64,000 bases of DNA from an uncultured Pseudobdellovibrionaceae bacterium (GCA_963803705.1 CAWDNU010000001.1:384001-448000); one strand, 5' to 3'; positions 42,255 through 52,585 are shown, counted from the first letter of the stretch. Notes: generated from the letters alone by a model not told the origin. Numbers and translations are program-made.

Positions 42255-42847
42255 GAACTGATTTTAATTTTTTTTTGTTTCGCGTACCACAACATAATTT
42301 TTTGAGCCACCTTCGACGGTGACTTTTCAAGGTAAAGACTTTTAAACATTGAGCTTTTCTGAATATCTTTTGGTATTTTAATGCTTCGATCGGCAAGTCT
42401 ACAAATCACTTTGGCCAGTTCTACATTTCCCAAAGATTTTGGTTTAATCTCTAATAATAAATTCTTAATACTAAGTGCTGCCGTTGTTCTTACATCGGAT
42501 GGCAGTTTCTTATTTTTAATAACCTGAAGTCGTTCGTCTATAATTTCTTGTAGTGTCTTTTCATAAGCGTTTAAAGTTTCTAATTCTGATTCTAGGTCTG
42601 TTAAAAGATCAGTTGCCAAATTATCGTCATTAGGTCTTGAAAGGAGCATGGTCATTGTTTCTTTCAAAGGCTTAATAGTCAGTTCTGCTTGGCGGGGGTA
42701 ACTATATTTCCTAGAGGCGTTAATCGCACTATTTTTTATCTGTCTAAGCTGATTATAATCCATAAATCTAAGTTTATTATAATCATAACTAGAGGCATAA
42801 ACTGTCTGAACTAAAAAAATAACACTAAAAAAAATCAGTCTGATCAT
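42215..42847 (-). CDS. Hypothetical secreted helical protein
   Basis: Likely start MIRLIFF at 42847 with SD AGAGG and a signal peptide; ORF track extends to 42901. Confidence 0.6.
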   Translation of the reverse strand: MIRLIFFSVIFLVQTVYASSYDYNKLRFMDYNQLRQIKNSAINASRKYSYPRQAELTIKPLKETMTMLLSRPNDDNLATDLLTDLESELETLNAYEKTLQEIIDERLQVIKNKKLPSDVRTTAALSIKNLLLEIKPKSLGNVELAKVICRLADRSIKIPKDIQKSSMFKSLYLEKSPSKVAQKIMLWYAKQKKIKISSQSGACPFSKRAI

Positions 42848-42966
42848 ATTCCTAACCTCTTGGTTCCAAAATGGAGCTTGATGTATATAGTTATACTTCA
42901 AATTGTACTTTAAATCATAGTTTGGGCGTTGTATTTGAGGTCATTGAAGTATTCTTGACTTAAGTT

Positions 42967-42993
42967 TAGTCGGTCTGTTTTTTTCAGCCTTGT
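42967..42993 (-). promoter_or_regulatory. Possible sigma28-like promoter
   Basis: ACAA-N15-ACCGACTA upstream of the secreted-protein gene. Confidence 0.35.
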
Positions 42994-43118
42994 CCTGAGA
43001 GCAGAGTATCTATAAACTAGTTATTGAATTTAGCAGTTAGATCAAGAAAATGTAATTAATTTAATATAAGTGCCCTCTAAGTAAAATTACGAAGCTGGGA
43101 CGCCAAGGAGAATTAAAA

Positions 43119-43904
43119 ATGAAGAATTTTGTTTTAGCGATTTTTGCAGTTAGCACTTTAGCGGGTTGCGGAAAAATTATGAAAAAAGTGATCGAAAATA
43201 ACCCGGACATCGTTTTCAGTGCGATTAAAAAAGATCCAGAGGGCTTTTTCAACACAATAGAGTCTACTCAGGATCAGATGAAAGAGATTGCTCAGAAAAA
43301 AGCTTCAGAAAAACAAGGCGAGGAATTAGAAGAGGCATTTAAAAACCCTGTTAACCCAGAGATTGGTGATGACAGAGCAATTTGGGGTAAAAAAGATGCA
43401 CCAATCACTATTGTAGAGTACGCAGATTTTTCTTGCTATTATTGCTCTGAAGCATCAAAAACTATTGCAAAAGTTAAAGAAGCTTACGGCGACAAAGTAA
43501 GAGTTCTATTTAAGCATTTCCATGTTTTAGGAAATCCTAACTCCGTGTATGCTTCTCAACTGATGGAAGGTATCGGTAAAATTGATGATGAAAAAGCTTA
43601 CGATTTCCACAAGGTAGTATTTGAAAATCAGGCAAAATTAAAATCTGATTCAGCTAAGTCATTCTTAGAGGATGAAGCTCGTAAGATAGTTGGTGCAGCA
43701 AACATGGCGCAAGTATTAAAATTTGCTAAATCTGATGACGTTAAAAAAATGATTGAGTCAGACAAAGAAGAAGCTGGTGGTAAATTTAAACTTCGCGGTA
43801 CCCCTGCGTTTAACATCAATGGTGTGACTCTTCGTGGCGCCGAGCAGTTTGATAAATTCAAGCAAGTGATTGATAGACACCTAGAAAATAAGGCAATCAA
43901 TTAA
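43119..43904 (+). CDS. DsbA/Com1-like thioredoxin-fold lipoprotein
   Basis: Lipobox LAGC; G..DAPITIVEYADFSCYYC; GTP cis-Pro loop. Confidence 0.9.
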   Translation: MKNFVLAIFAVSTLAGCGKIMKKVIENNPDIVFSAIKKDPEGFFNTIESTQDQMKEIAQKKASEKQGEELEEAFKNPVNPEIGDDRAIWGKKDAPITIVEYADFSCYYCSEASKTIAKVKEAYGDKVRVLFKHFHVLGNPNSVYASQLMEGIGKIDDEKAYDFHKVVFENQAKLKSDSAKSFLEDEARKIVGAANMAQVLKFAKSDDVKKMIESDKEEAGGKFKLRGTPAFNINGVTLRGAEQFDKFKQVIDRHLENKAIN

Positions 43905-43930
43905 TCTTTAAATCAAATTTTAAAAATATC

Positions 43931-43962
43931 AAAAAGGCTTACGTAAAATGTAAGCCTTTTTT
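43931..43962 (+). terminator. Intrinsic terminator
   Basis: AAAAAGGCTTAC-GTAAAAT-GTAAGCCTTTTT followed by T. Confidence 0.85.
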
Positions 43963-44120
43963 CATTAGAAAATTTTGCAGCAAAATTTTGGCTAAAACCA
44001 AGCTTTATTCGAGCAAGTCAGCAACAATTTTTAAAATTTTGATTAAAGTGATAGGAATTTAGGTGAAAGAATGGATATAATCGTTTTTTCACGTCCGTAA
44101 AAAATTAGGTAAGGTGTCTT

Positions 44121-44768
44121 TTGTTAAGTATTAGAATTAAAAATTTGGTGATGTACCTTTTTTTCGTTATCACTTTAGCCAATTGCGCTTTTGCGCCTTT
44201 AACTGATCCGATAAGTCCTCAAACAATCGGTAAAGGAAATCAATCACAGCAGATCGCTGCTGGTTACCCTTATCTGGGCTATGTTTACACAATGGGTGTT
44301 GGTGAAACCTTTGATTTAGGACTACAAATGGAGTCGCAAATAAAGGGCTTTTCGATGGGTGCGAGGATTTTATTACAAGCCACAGATTACTCTGAAACAG
44401 AGTGGAGTGGATCGTTGTTGGGTGGGGCAGGTCTAACGACTGAAGGGTCTTACGTTTATGGTGGTATGGTTTGGGGGCGCAAATTTGGTTTTTACGAATT
44501 AACCTTAACTCCAAGGCTAAACTATACCAATATTAGCAGGGACATTGACGAGGATGTCACCGAAGACTTCCAAGATTTGTACTCTTTAAGGTTTACTGAA
44601 AAAGGCGACTATTTCTATGCGTCTTTATCCGTTGCTAATACCTTCTGGTTTAGGCCCAGTTTTGGTTTTACGCTTACCATTGGCGGAGCCTACTTATTTC
44701 CATGGATTGATTCTGTCGATAGCAGCTTTGTTGCTCCCTATGGTGGGATAGGACTTATTTTTAAATAA
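44121..44768 (+). CDS. Hypothetical lipoprotein with probable outer-membrane beta-barrel
   Basis: LANC lipobox, Gly/aromatic amphipathic strands, C-terminal GGIGLIFK. Confidence 0.6.
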   Translation: MLSIRIKNLVMYLFFVITLANCAFAPLTDPISPQTIGKGNQSQQIAAGYPYLGYVYTMGVGETFDLGLQMESQIKGFSMGARILLQATDYSETEWSGSLLGGAGLTTEGSYVYGGMVWGRKFGFYELTLTPRLNYTNISRDIDEDVTEDFQDLYSLRFTEKGDYFYASLSVANTFWFRPSFGFTLTIGGAYLFPWIDSVDSSFVAPYGGIGLIFK

Positions 44769-44809
44769 TTGCAGTATAAAAATGTTATCAAATTGAGCTG
44801 TAAAATTAT

Positions 44810-45586
44810 TTAAAGTAATCCAACAATTTTTGTCTCGTTTTTTTTGAACTCAACTTTTAGGGCTGTAACTTTAAGTCCCTCTTTAACGGCTACTTTTAAA
44901 GCACTGTCATAGGTTGGGTCAAGTTCCGCTGCTATTTCAAAAGCTTGAATACCCTCTCTTTGAATTACGTAAACCATCTCGCAAGAGTGTCCTTGTTTCA
45001 TTAGCTTTCCTAGCTCTTGAATATGTTTAGTTCCCCGGTTGGTCACCGAATCGGGAAACCTAGCTACACTGCCGATGGCCATGGTTACATTTTTGATCTC
45101 TATAAAGTGAAGTTTGGGATATTTAGAAATATTCTTAATTTCTGTTTTCTTCTTTATAGCTCCTAGTGAAGCTATGAAGTCTGGTTTAATTTTGTCTAAT
45201 TCTGGAAAGTCTTTTTCGCTCCAAAGGGCCATGTCCAATCTTGATTCCGAACTAACTTTTACTTCTTTTTGAGCTTTGCCGTACTTGGACCAGTGAGGAA
45301 TTAAATTATTATCCCATGCCTCGTAAACCAATGCGTTTGAAATTCCAGTGTTCACACCTATTCTTGATCTTTCAATTACCATTTGTTCTAAAGTCCATTT
45401 CAACTTTCTTTTCGGGTTCGAATTTTGGGTTAAGTAACAAGTGGCGTCTTCAGCTATGCAGGTTTTCATGCTTCCAGTATTAGGGACATGAGCAACGACG
45501 CTTAGTCCATCAATTTCGATATCAGCAAAGAAACGTTTATAGCGTTTTAAAAACTTGCCCTTGATAAGTGGACTTTTGTAAATCAC
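44810..45586 (-). CDS. sfsA: DNA/RNA nuclease SfsA
   Basis: KRYKRFFAD, HVPNTGSM, RLD, EIKN, FPDSVT.RG.KH. Confidence 0.92.
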   Translation of the reverse strand: MIYKSPLIKGKFLKRYKRFFADIEIDGLSVVAHVPNTGSMKTCIAEDATCYLTQNSNPKRKLKWTLEQMVIERSRIGVNTGISNALVYEAWDNNLIPHWSKYGKAQKEVKVSSESRLDMALWSEKDFPELDKIKPDFIASLGAIKKKTEIKNISKYPKLHFIEIKNVTMAIGSVARFPDSVTNRGTKHIQELGKLMKQGHSCEMVYVIQREGIQAFEIAAELDPTYDSALKVAVKEGLKVTALKVEFKKNETKIVGLL

Positions 45587-45831
45587 TTAAACTCCAGGAT
45601 GTAATAAGGCTAGGGTTTTGAAATAAAATCTGGCAATAAAACGCTAGAATTTATAAGTAATCATAACTTATGCTGACCTTTTAAATGATAGTAGAGCTGA
45701 TGTGCTGCATGATTGGACAGCACCCAGGTAATAAAAGACGAGCCCAAAGTTTATGCGGCATCAAGCGCGGTAAGCCATCCATACAATATTAGTGCTGACT
45801 TAAACGGTTTTTTTAGCTAAAACAGGAAGTT

Positions 45832-46770
45832 ATGAAAGCTAAGATAGACAAAATACCCTCTGGTCGAAATACGATGCCAAAGCCGTCTTGGATTAAGATG
45901 CGTCCTCCTGCAGGCGAAAAATATCTTGAATTAAAAAAAATGTTTAAAGAGCTTAATTTAGCCACTGTTTGCCAAGAGGCTCAGTGTCCTAATGTTGCAG
46001 AATGTTGGTCCGGTGGAACAGCGACAATTATGTTAATGGGTGACACTTGCACCCGTGGCTGTAGATTTTGTGATGTTAAAACAGGCAATCCAAAAGGTGA
46101 GATCGATACAGATGAACCCCAAAAGGTAAGTTATGCCATTTCTAAAATGGGTTTAGATTATGTTGTTTTAACAAGTGTTGATCGTGATGATTTGCCAGAC
46201 GAGGGCTCGGGACACTTTGCAGAAACCATCGAGTTGATTAAAATGCTAGATCCGGACTTAATTGTGGAAGTTTTAACACCTGACTTCAAAGGTAATAAAG
46301 ATTTTGTTAAAAAGATAGTTGATTCGAAACCAGATGTTTTTGCGCATAATATCGAGACTGTAAAAAGGCTTACTCCGGCAGTCAGAGATCCAAGAGCTGG
46401 CTATCAACAAAGCATGGACGTTTTAAAAATGGTTAAAGATATAGATCCGAAGCGATATACAAAATCCTCTATAATGTTGGGATTGGGCGAGACTGATGCC
46501 GAAGTCCAAGAGTGTCTTGAAGATTTAAGATCAGTTGGTTGTGATGTGATTACATTCGGCCAGTATTTGCAGCCCCAGAAACGCCACTTGCAAGTTCAAA
46601 ATTATATAACTCCAGAAAAATTTAAACAATGGCAGACTGTTGCTGAGCAAATGGGATTTTTATATGTAGCCAGCGGCCCTTTAGTTAGAAGTTCTTACCG
46701 TGCAGGTGAGTTTTTTATGAAAGGAATTATTGAAAAGCAAAAGCAAAATGAAAAGCAAAATAAAATTTAG
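45832..46770 (+). CDS. lipA: Lipoyl synthase
   Basis: CQEAQCPNVAEC, CTRGCRFC, RSSY. Confidence 0.97.
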   Translation: MKAKIDKIPSGRNTMPKPSWIKMRPPAGEKYLELKKMFKELNLATVCQEAQCPNVAECWSGGTATIMLMGDTCTRGCRFCDVKTGNPKGEIDTDEPQKVSYAISKMGLDYVVLTSVDRDDLPDEGSGHFAETIELIKMLDPDLIVEVLTPDFKGNKDFVKKIVDSKPDVFAHNIETVKRLTPAVRDPRAGYQQSMDVLKMVKDIDPKRYTKSSIMLGLGETDAEVQECLEDLRSVGCDVITFGQYLQPQKRHLQVQNYITPEKFKQWQTVAEQMGFLYVASGPLVRSSYRAGEFFMKGIIEKQKQNEKQNKI

Positions 46771-46831
46771 ATTTACGCAAATTTTTTTGTAAAAAGGTTA
46801 ATATAATTAAATTATTTAGATAGGAGTTTAA

Positions 46832-48234
46832 ATGTCTCAAATTGAAGTAGCGTTACCAGATGTAGGCGAAGGCGTCACAGAGGGTGAAATGGTGAAGTGG
46901 CTAGTAAGCATAGGTGATTCTGTTGAAGCAGATCAACCCATTGCCGAAGTTATGACAGATAAAGCTACCGTTGAAGTTCCGACTGCTCAAGCTGGCGTCG
47001 TCAAAGAGTTTAAGGTGAACGAAGGCGACGTAGTTCCAATCGGTAAAGTGATGTTGGTTTTAGATTCTTCCGCTGAGAGTTCAACTGGCTCAGCAAAAGA
47101 TGATCAAAAAGCCAAGAGCGATGGTCAAGAAACGCAAAGCTAAAGACGATGCTGACGATGCTAAAGGCAAAGAAGTTGAAGCAGGTGATTCAAAAAAAGT
47201 TGATCAACAAGATTCAAAGAAAAACTCTAAGTCGTCAATTGTGAGACCAGAAAAAGAGTCTTCTACTGAATCAGATGTGGTGCCTCCGGCAGCTGAATCA
47301 AAGGTTTTAGCCACACCGTCAACTAGACGTTTGGCACGTGAAATGTCCATCGATATAAACGATCTACAAGGCTCGGGATTAGCAGGTCGAGTGACGAGAG
47401 AAGACGTGATGTCTACTTCTAGCGGAAATGCATCTGATCAAGGAAACGTTCAGCCCTTAAGCTCACCGTCCAAAGCTAAACCGACACTAAAAGATATTCC
47501 TAAAGCCGGCTTTTCAAACATTCTCCTCTGGTCAGGAGGAAAGAGTCGCTATCCGCGGCGTTCGTAAAAAAATTGCTGCAAATATGCAAATGGCTAAGCA
47601 TGTGATTCCGCATTTTACTTTAATGGATGAGGCCAATGTGACTGAACTAGTTAAATTTAGAGAGTCCGCAAAAGCTGTGGGCCAAAAGTATGGGGTGAAA
47701 ATTACTTATTTGCCTTTTGTTATGAAAGCTTTGATTGCAACGTCGAAAGAATTTCCAATGTTCAATGCAAGTATCGATGATCAAGCTGAAGAGATCGTAT
47801 ATAAAAAATACTTTAATCTTGGTTTTGCAGCAGATACGCCAAATGGATTGATGGTTCCGGTTATCCATGATGCCGACCACAAAACTATTCTCCAATTGAG
47901 TTCTGAAATCATAGATTTAGCAAATCGTGCTAGGGACGGTAAACTTAAGCTAGAAGAGATGAAAGGTGCTACTATTACTATTACAAATATTGGAAGTATC
48001 GGGGGCAACTACGCTACTCCAATTATTAACCACCCTGAAGTCGCTATATTGGGAATGTACAAGATAACCGATAAACCGCTAATGATTAACGGCAAATTTA
48101 GACCAGCTAAAGTTATGAATTTAACAGTCACTGCAGATCACAGATTGATTGATGGCGCAGTAGCTGCAAACTTCTTAGCCTCTTTCATCAAAAAGTTGGA
48201 AAACCCAAGCGAGTTAATGTTGAATATGGTGTGA
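46832..48234 (+). CDS. 2-oxoacid dehydrogenase E2 dihydrolipoamide acyltransferase; two frameshifts (~47135, ~47520)
   Basis: Lipoyl domain (TDKA), E3-binding domain (ATPSTRRLAR..GSG.AGRV) and catalytic DHRLIDG lie in three successive frames. Confidence 0.9.
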
Positions 48235-48419
48235 TGAAGATATTGAAGAAGTGCGGTGTCGACATCAGTAAATTATGCCGTTGCTGCGCAGCTGGATGAC
48301 CAGTTAAGGTAGTTTTGACAAGCATTTGAATGCTTGTGAACCAAACAGGTTATGACCGGCGCACGACTGAAAGATGCTAATTGCCTCGAGCCTTTGGAAA
48401 TTTATTTAGGAGATGTATA

Positions 48420-49895
48420 ATGTCTGTTCAAACAAAAGATGGTTATGATGTGTGTGTAATAGGTGCTGGGCCAGGTGGCTATGTGGCTGCTATCAGAAGC
48501 GCACAATTAGGATTAAAAACTTGTATCATTGAAAGGGAGTTTTTAGGCGGCGTTTGCTTAAATGTCGGCTGTATACCTTCTAAGGCGATGATTTCAGCAG
48601 CAGAATTTTTACACCAAACCCAACACCAAAGCGCAGCCATGGGTATCATGGTGGGTAATGTTAGACTTGATATGAAAAAATTGAAAGGCTGGAAAGAATC
48701 AGTTTCACAAAAGATGTCAGGTGGCGTTTCGCAATTATTAAAAGGAAATAAAGTCGAAATTATTAAGGGTGAAGCCAAATTCAAAAGTGCGACAACTTTA
48801 AAAGTTAAGTCTGAAAATGGTGAGGACTTAGAAATAAATTCGAAGAACTTTATTGTAGCTACAGGCTCAAGACCTATAGAAATACCAGGATTCAAATTTG
48901 ATGAAAAAACTGTTTTAAGTTCAACAGGTGCATTAGATTTAGATCAGGTTCCTAAAAAACTTATTGTCATTGGTGGCGGCTATATTGGCTTAGAGATTGG
49001 CGGTTATTTAAATAAGCTGGGCTCTGAAGTTACGGTTTTAGAAGCAGCAGACAAATTGCTTTCAGGTGTGGTGGAGCCCGACCTTGTCGCAGTCGTTGAA
49101 AGAAAGCTAAAAAAAGAAGGCGTAAATATTAAATACAAAGCCTTAGCAAAAGTTTTTGAGAAAAAAGGATCTAAAATCGTCGTAAAGGCCGAAGTTGCTG
49201 GCAAAGTTGAAAGCTTCGAATGTGATAAGATTATTGTCACAGTCGGAAGAAAACCTAATTCTGACGAGATGGGTTTAAAAGAATTAAAAATGGCTATTGA
49301 TGAAAAGGGTTTCGTCCTGGTCGATGCTAAAAGACGTACTAATATACCTGGCATATATGCTATTGGCGATATTGCTGGTCAACCTATGTTGGCCCATAAA
49401 GCTAGCCACGAAGGTGTGTTAGTCGCTGAAAATATATCCGGCAAAAACAGAGCTTACGACGCTAAAACCGTACCTGCCGTCATCTTTACAGATCCTGAAA
49501 TTGCGTCTGCTGGTATGACTGAAAGCGAATGTCGTGAGGCCGGTTATAGTAGTCTTAAAATTGGTAAATTTCCTTTTGCAGCTAATGGCAAAGCTGTGTC
49601 ACTTCAGGCCACAGACGGCTTCGTAAAAATTATTGCAGATGAAGCTACTAAAATAGTTCTAGGTGTTCATATTGTAGGACCCCAAGCATCCAACTTGATT
49701 TCTGAAGCTGTGCTTGCCATTGAAATGGGTGCAACACTAGAGGACATAGCATTATCGATTCACCCTCATCCAACTTTAGGTGAAACTATGATGGAGGCTG
49801 CAGAGGCAACTCTTGGACATGCTATTCATATCATTCAAAAGCCACTTTCTAAGGCCGCCACGTCAGCTCAGGCTGAAAACACGACCAGACATTAA
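48420..49895 (+). CDS. lpdA: Dihydrolipoamide dehydrogenase
   Basis: GAGPGGY, GGVCLNVGCIPSK, GGGYIG, HPHPT; SD AGGAG before the ATG at 48420. Confidence 0.96.
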   Translation: MSVQTKDGYDVCVIGAGPGGYVAAIRSAQLGLKTCIIEREFLGGVCLNVGCIPSKAMISAAEFLHQTQHQSAAMGIMVGNVRLDMKKLKGWKESVSQKMSGGVSQLLKGNKVEIIKGEAKFKSATTLKVKSENGEDLEINSKNFIVATGSRPIEIPGFKFDEKTVLSSTGALDLDQVPKKLIVIGGGYIGLEIGGYLNKLGSEVTVLEAADKLLSGVVEPDLVAVVERKLKKEGVNIKYKALAKVFEKKGSKIVVKAEVAGKVESFECDKIIVTVGRKPNSDEMGLKELKMAIDEKGFVLVDAKRRTNIPGIYAIGDIAGQPMLAHKASHEGVLVAENISGKNRAYDAKTVPAVIFTDPEIASAGMTESECREAGYSSLKIGKFPFAANGKAVSLQATDGFVKIIADEATKIVLGVHIVGPQASNLISEAVLAIEMGATLEDIALSIHPHPTLGETMMEAAEATLGHAIHIIQKPLSKAATSAQAENTTRH

Positions 49896-49898
49896 ACC

Positions 49899-50549
49899 TT
49901 GGATTTTATAGACTTAGGTTTGGTTGATTTCAAAAAGGCCTTAACTCTTCAAGAAGGCTTAGTTGAAAAACGTTATGCCAACATCATATCTGATACGATA
50001 ATAATTTGTAGCCATCCGCCGGTGGTCACATTAGGGCGATCTACAAAAAAATCAGACTTGCAAGGTTGGAAAGGTGACACGTTTGAGGTTCGCAGGGGCG
50101 GTCGTGCAACCTATCACGGACCCAAACAACTTGTTGTTTATCCAATAGTGAATTTGAACCAACAGAATTTTATAAACCTTAAAATTAAAGACGTGATGTG
50201 TTTTCTTAAGTTATTTGAACAAGCTATTCTTAGCAGTTTGAAGCTGACCGGTTATGACAAAATGGTCCTAAAAGAAGATGTGGATTTTGATGAAAACGGA
50301 AAACAGTTGCTTAATCGTGGCATCTGGTGCGATGGCAAAAAGACAGTAGCATTTGGGATCGCTGTACGAAAATGGGTCACCTATCACGGCTGTGCGATCA
50401 ATCTGTATGCAGATGAAAAAAGTTTTCAGGGCATCCAGCCTTGTGGTTACAGTTCGAAAGTCATTGGTAGTTTAGATAAAATACAGAACTTTGATTTGAA
50501 GCTGTTGAAGAAAAATTTAAAAACTGAGCTCGCTAACTATTTAATCTAG
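49899..50549 (+). CDS. lipB: Octanoyltransferase
   Basis: HPPVVTLG, RGGRATYHGP.QLV.YP, HG.AIN, I.PCG. Confidence 0.93.
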   Translation: MDFIDLGLVDFKKALTLQEGLVEKRYANIISDTIIICSHPPVVTLGRSTKKSDLQGWKGDTFEVRRGGRATYHGPKQLVVYPIVNLNQQNFINLKIKDVMCFLKLFEQAILSSLKLTGYDKMVLKEDVDFDENGKQLLNRGIWCDGKKTVAFGIAVRKWVTYHGCAINLYADEKSFQGIQPCGYSSKVIGSLDKIQNFDLKLLKKNLKTELANYLI

Positions 50550-50788
50550 GGCCTGTGGAAGATTCATCTAGGTTTTACATGCTTTAGATTCAATTGAGGT
50601 TGTTTTAAGCGCAGACTGAGGTTTTTGAAGTGTAGCGCCCAGCAGGTCAGTGCGAGTCTTATTTCGAAGGTCTGTAGCAACATTTGTCTTAAAAATTAAA
50701 CATTTGAAGATCCAAGGGGGAATTTTGCGGTGAAGATTTCAAATATAATAATGTCAAATGTTGAAAAAATATATTAAAGGAGATTTGA

Positions 50789-51109
50789 ATGAAAGAAAGA
50801 TCGAGTAATGAAATAATTAATGTTGAAAACCGTGAGCTAGTCTCGCAACCGAACTCAGAACAGATATTGCCAAGTAATCTGAAGGCCAAGTTCCAGGAAG
50901 CCAAACATTGGGCTTTGGATAATCCGATACAAGCTACAGGTCTGACCCTAGTAAGCTTGTTATTTTTAAGAACTCGCCTGACTCGCAAAGCACTATACTG
51001 GGCAGCGACGACTGTAGCATCTTCAGAGCTCCTAGGGGTTTTGGGCAATAGCTTTAAGGACGAAGTAGCGAAAAGTAAAAACCTAGACGAAACATCTGAG
51101 TTACATTGA
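50789..51109 (+). CDS. Hypothetical small membrane-associated protein
   Basis: SD AAGGAG; WALDNP plus hydrophobic helix, weakly ElaB/DUF883-like. Confidence 0.55.
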   Translation: MKERSSNEIINVENRELVSQPNSEQILPSNLKAKFQEAKHWALDNPIQATGLTLVSLLFLRTRLTRKALYWAATTVASSELLGVLGNSFKDEVAKSKNLDETSELH

Positions 51110-51150
51110 TTTTATGGATGGTACGCTGGTTTAAAGCTTGAAACCTAAGT

Positions 51151-51275
51151 GGGCCTGTTGAAAAAGCATCATCTTCGTTGTTGCCTTCGCTTAAATCTCA
51201 TTCGACGTAGATAAACTACGACTCATTCGATCTTAAGCTTGGACGCCTAGAATCTAATACTTTTTCAACAGGCCC
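51151..51275. mobile_element. 125-bp MITE-like element with 16-bp terminal inverted repeats and AAGT target-site duplication
   Basis: GGGCCTGTTGAAAAAG...CTTTTTCAACAGGCCC, flanked by AAGT at 51147-51150 and 51276-51279; central CGTAG-ATAAA-CTACG hairpin; no transposase ORF. Confidence 0.8.
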
Positions 51276-51430
51276 AAGTGATACTTCCAAAACATTATAA
51301 AAACAGATAATCGTAAATCTTATATTAGATTGACCCGTGTTAGCAGCTTCAGAATTGACACAATTTGGCTCAAATTAGTTTAGACAGGATATTGGTCATC
51401 ACTGTTTTTAATTTCTGATATAACTTTGGA

Positions 51431-52168
51431 ATGACTAAAAACTTTGATAAAATTTTAGTATTCACAGATGGAGCTTGTTCAGGCAATCCTGGGCCGGGTG
51501 GCTATGGAACTGTCCTAGTTTATCCGGAAGGTAGGATTGAAGAGCTTGGCGGAGGCGAAAAGAATACCACTAATAATCGTATGGAAATGTTGGCTACAAT
51601 TCGTGGCCTAGGAAAAGTTTCAGGTTCGAAGATCATAGTGTTGGTGTTAACGGATTCAACGTACGTGATTCGAGGTATAAGCCAGTGGATCTTCGGTTGG
51701 AAACGAAAAGGCTGGAAGACTGCTGCGGGAAAGGAAGTTTCTAATAAGGACTTGTGGCAAAGGTTAGATCAGTTAGTTTCTGACTTAAAAAGCACCACTA
51801 CTATCGAGTGGGGCTACGTAAGAGGCCATCAGGGCATTCCTGGAAACGAAAGATGCGATGAAATCGCTGTGGCTTTTTCAAAAGGAAAATATATTGAGCT
51901 TTACCAAGGAGACTTATTTAACTACCAGTATGCTATTCATGATATTCCAGAAGACATTTCAATTCCAGCTAGTAAAGGCACAGATTCAGAAGTCGGACAC
52001 AAGGTCAAAAAGAAAGCTTATTCTTACGTCAGTCTAGTTGATGGGAAAATCTACGTAGATAAAACTTGGTCAGAGTGTGAAGCCAGAGTTAAAGGGCGTT
52101 CTGGCGTAAAATTTAAAAAGTCGACGTCTGGCGACGACGAAAAACAAATTATAAAAAAGTGGTCATAA
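51431..52168 (+). CDS. rnhA: Ribonuclease HI with C-terminal hybrid-binding (Cauli_VI-like) domain
   Basis: FTDGACSGNPGPGG, TTNNRME, TDS.YV, N.DLW, GH.G.PGNE.CD; tail KTWSECEARVKGRSGVKFKK. Confidence 0.93.
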   Translation: MTKNFDKILVFTDGACSGNPGPGGYGTVLVYPEGRIEELGGGEKNTTNNRMEMLATIRGLGKVSGSKIIVLVLTDSTYVIRGISQWIFGWKRKGWKTAAGKEVSNKDLWQRLDQLVSDLKSTTTIEWGYVRGHQGIPGNERCDEIAVAFSKGKYIELYQGDLFNYQYAIHDIPEDISIPASKGTDSEVGHKVKKKAYSYVSLVDGKIYVDKTWSECEARVKGRSGVKFKKSTSGDDEKQIIKKWS

Positions 52169-52177
52169 CATTTTTCG

Positions 52178-52585
52178 TTATTGGTTTCTGATGCTTAAGC
52201 CAAGTTTCTTAACGCCACCCAACTTAATCTGATCTAATATCGATATTACATCTCCGTGTGAAACGTTTTCATCAGCGGATATTACGGCCTGTCCAGCTGG
52301 ATTCTCAGAGATAAACCCTGCAGCTAAAGCTTTTAAATTTTCGAATTGGATAGGTTCGCCATTTAAAGTAATTTCTTCCTTCGATGAAACCATTAGTTGA
52401 AAAGGAGTAAACTTTGTTTTGTCACCCGTGGTAGCCTCGGGCAGTTGAATTTTTAGGGAAGGTCTCATCACAACTGGTGCTGTTACCATAAAGATTATCA
52501 ATATAACTAATAATATATCTACAAATGGTACTATATTTATATCCGAGATTAGATCATCATCGTCGTTCTTTGCTCTTTGTCCCAT
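52178..52585 (-). CDS. exbD: ExbD/TolR family protein
   Basis: INIVPFVDILLVILIIFMVTAP, I.LP, I.AD motifs. Confidence 0.88.
   Translation of the reverse strand: MGQRAKNDDDDLISDINIVPFVDILLVILIIFMVTAPVVMRPSLKIQLPEATTGDKTKFTPFQLMVSSKEEITLNGEPIQFENLKALAAGFISENPAGQAVISADENVSHGDVISILDQIKLGGVKKLGLSIRNQ

Noticed and set aside
43080..43115. GGGACGCCAAGG resembling a c-di-GMP-I riboswitch core
   Set aside because: No GNRA-capped P2 stem or P3 stem; the sequence runs into the dsbA Shine-Dalgarno.
45100..45240. About 35-aa insertion in SfsA as a possible intein
   Set aside because: Far too short and lacks C/S...HN splice residues; probably a loop insertion.
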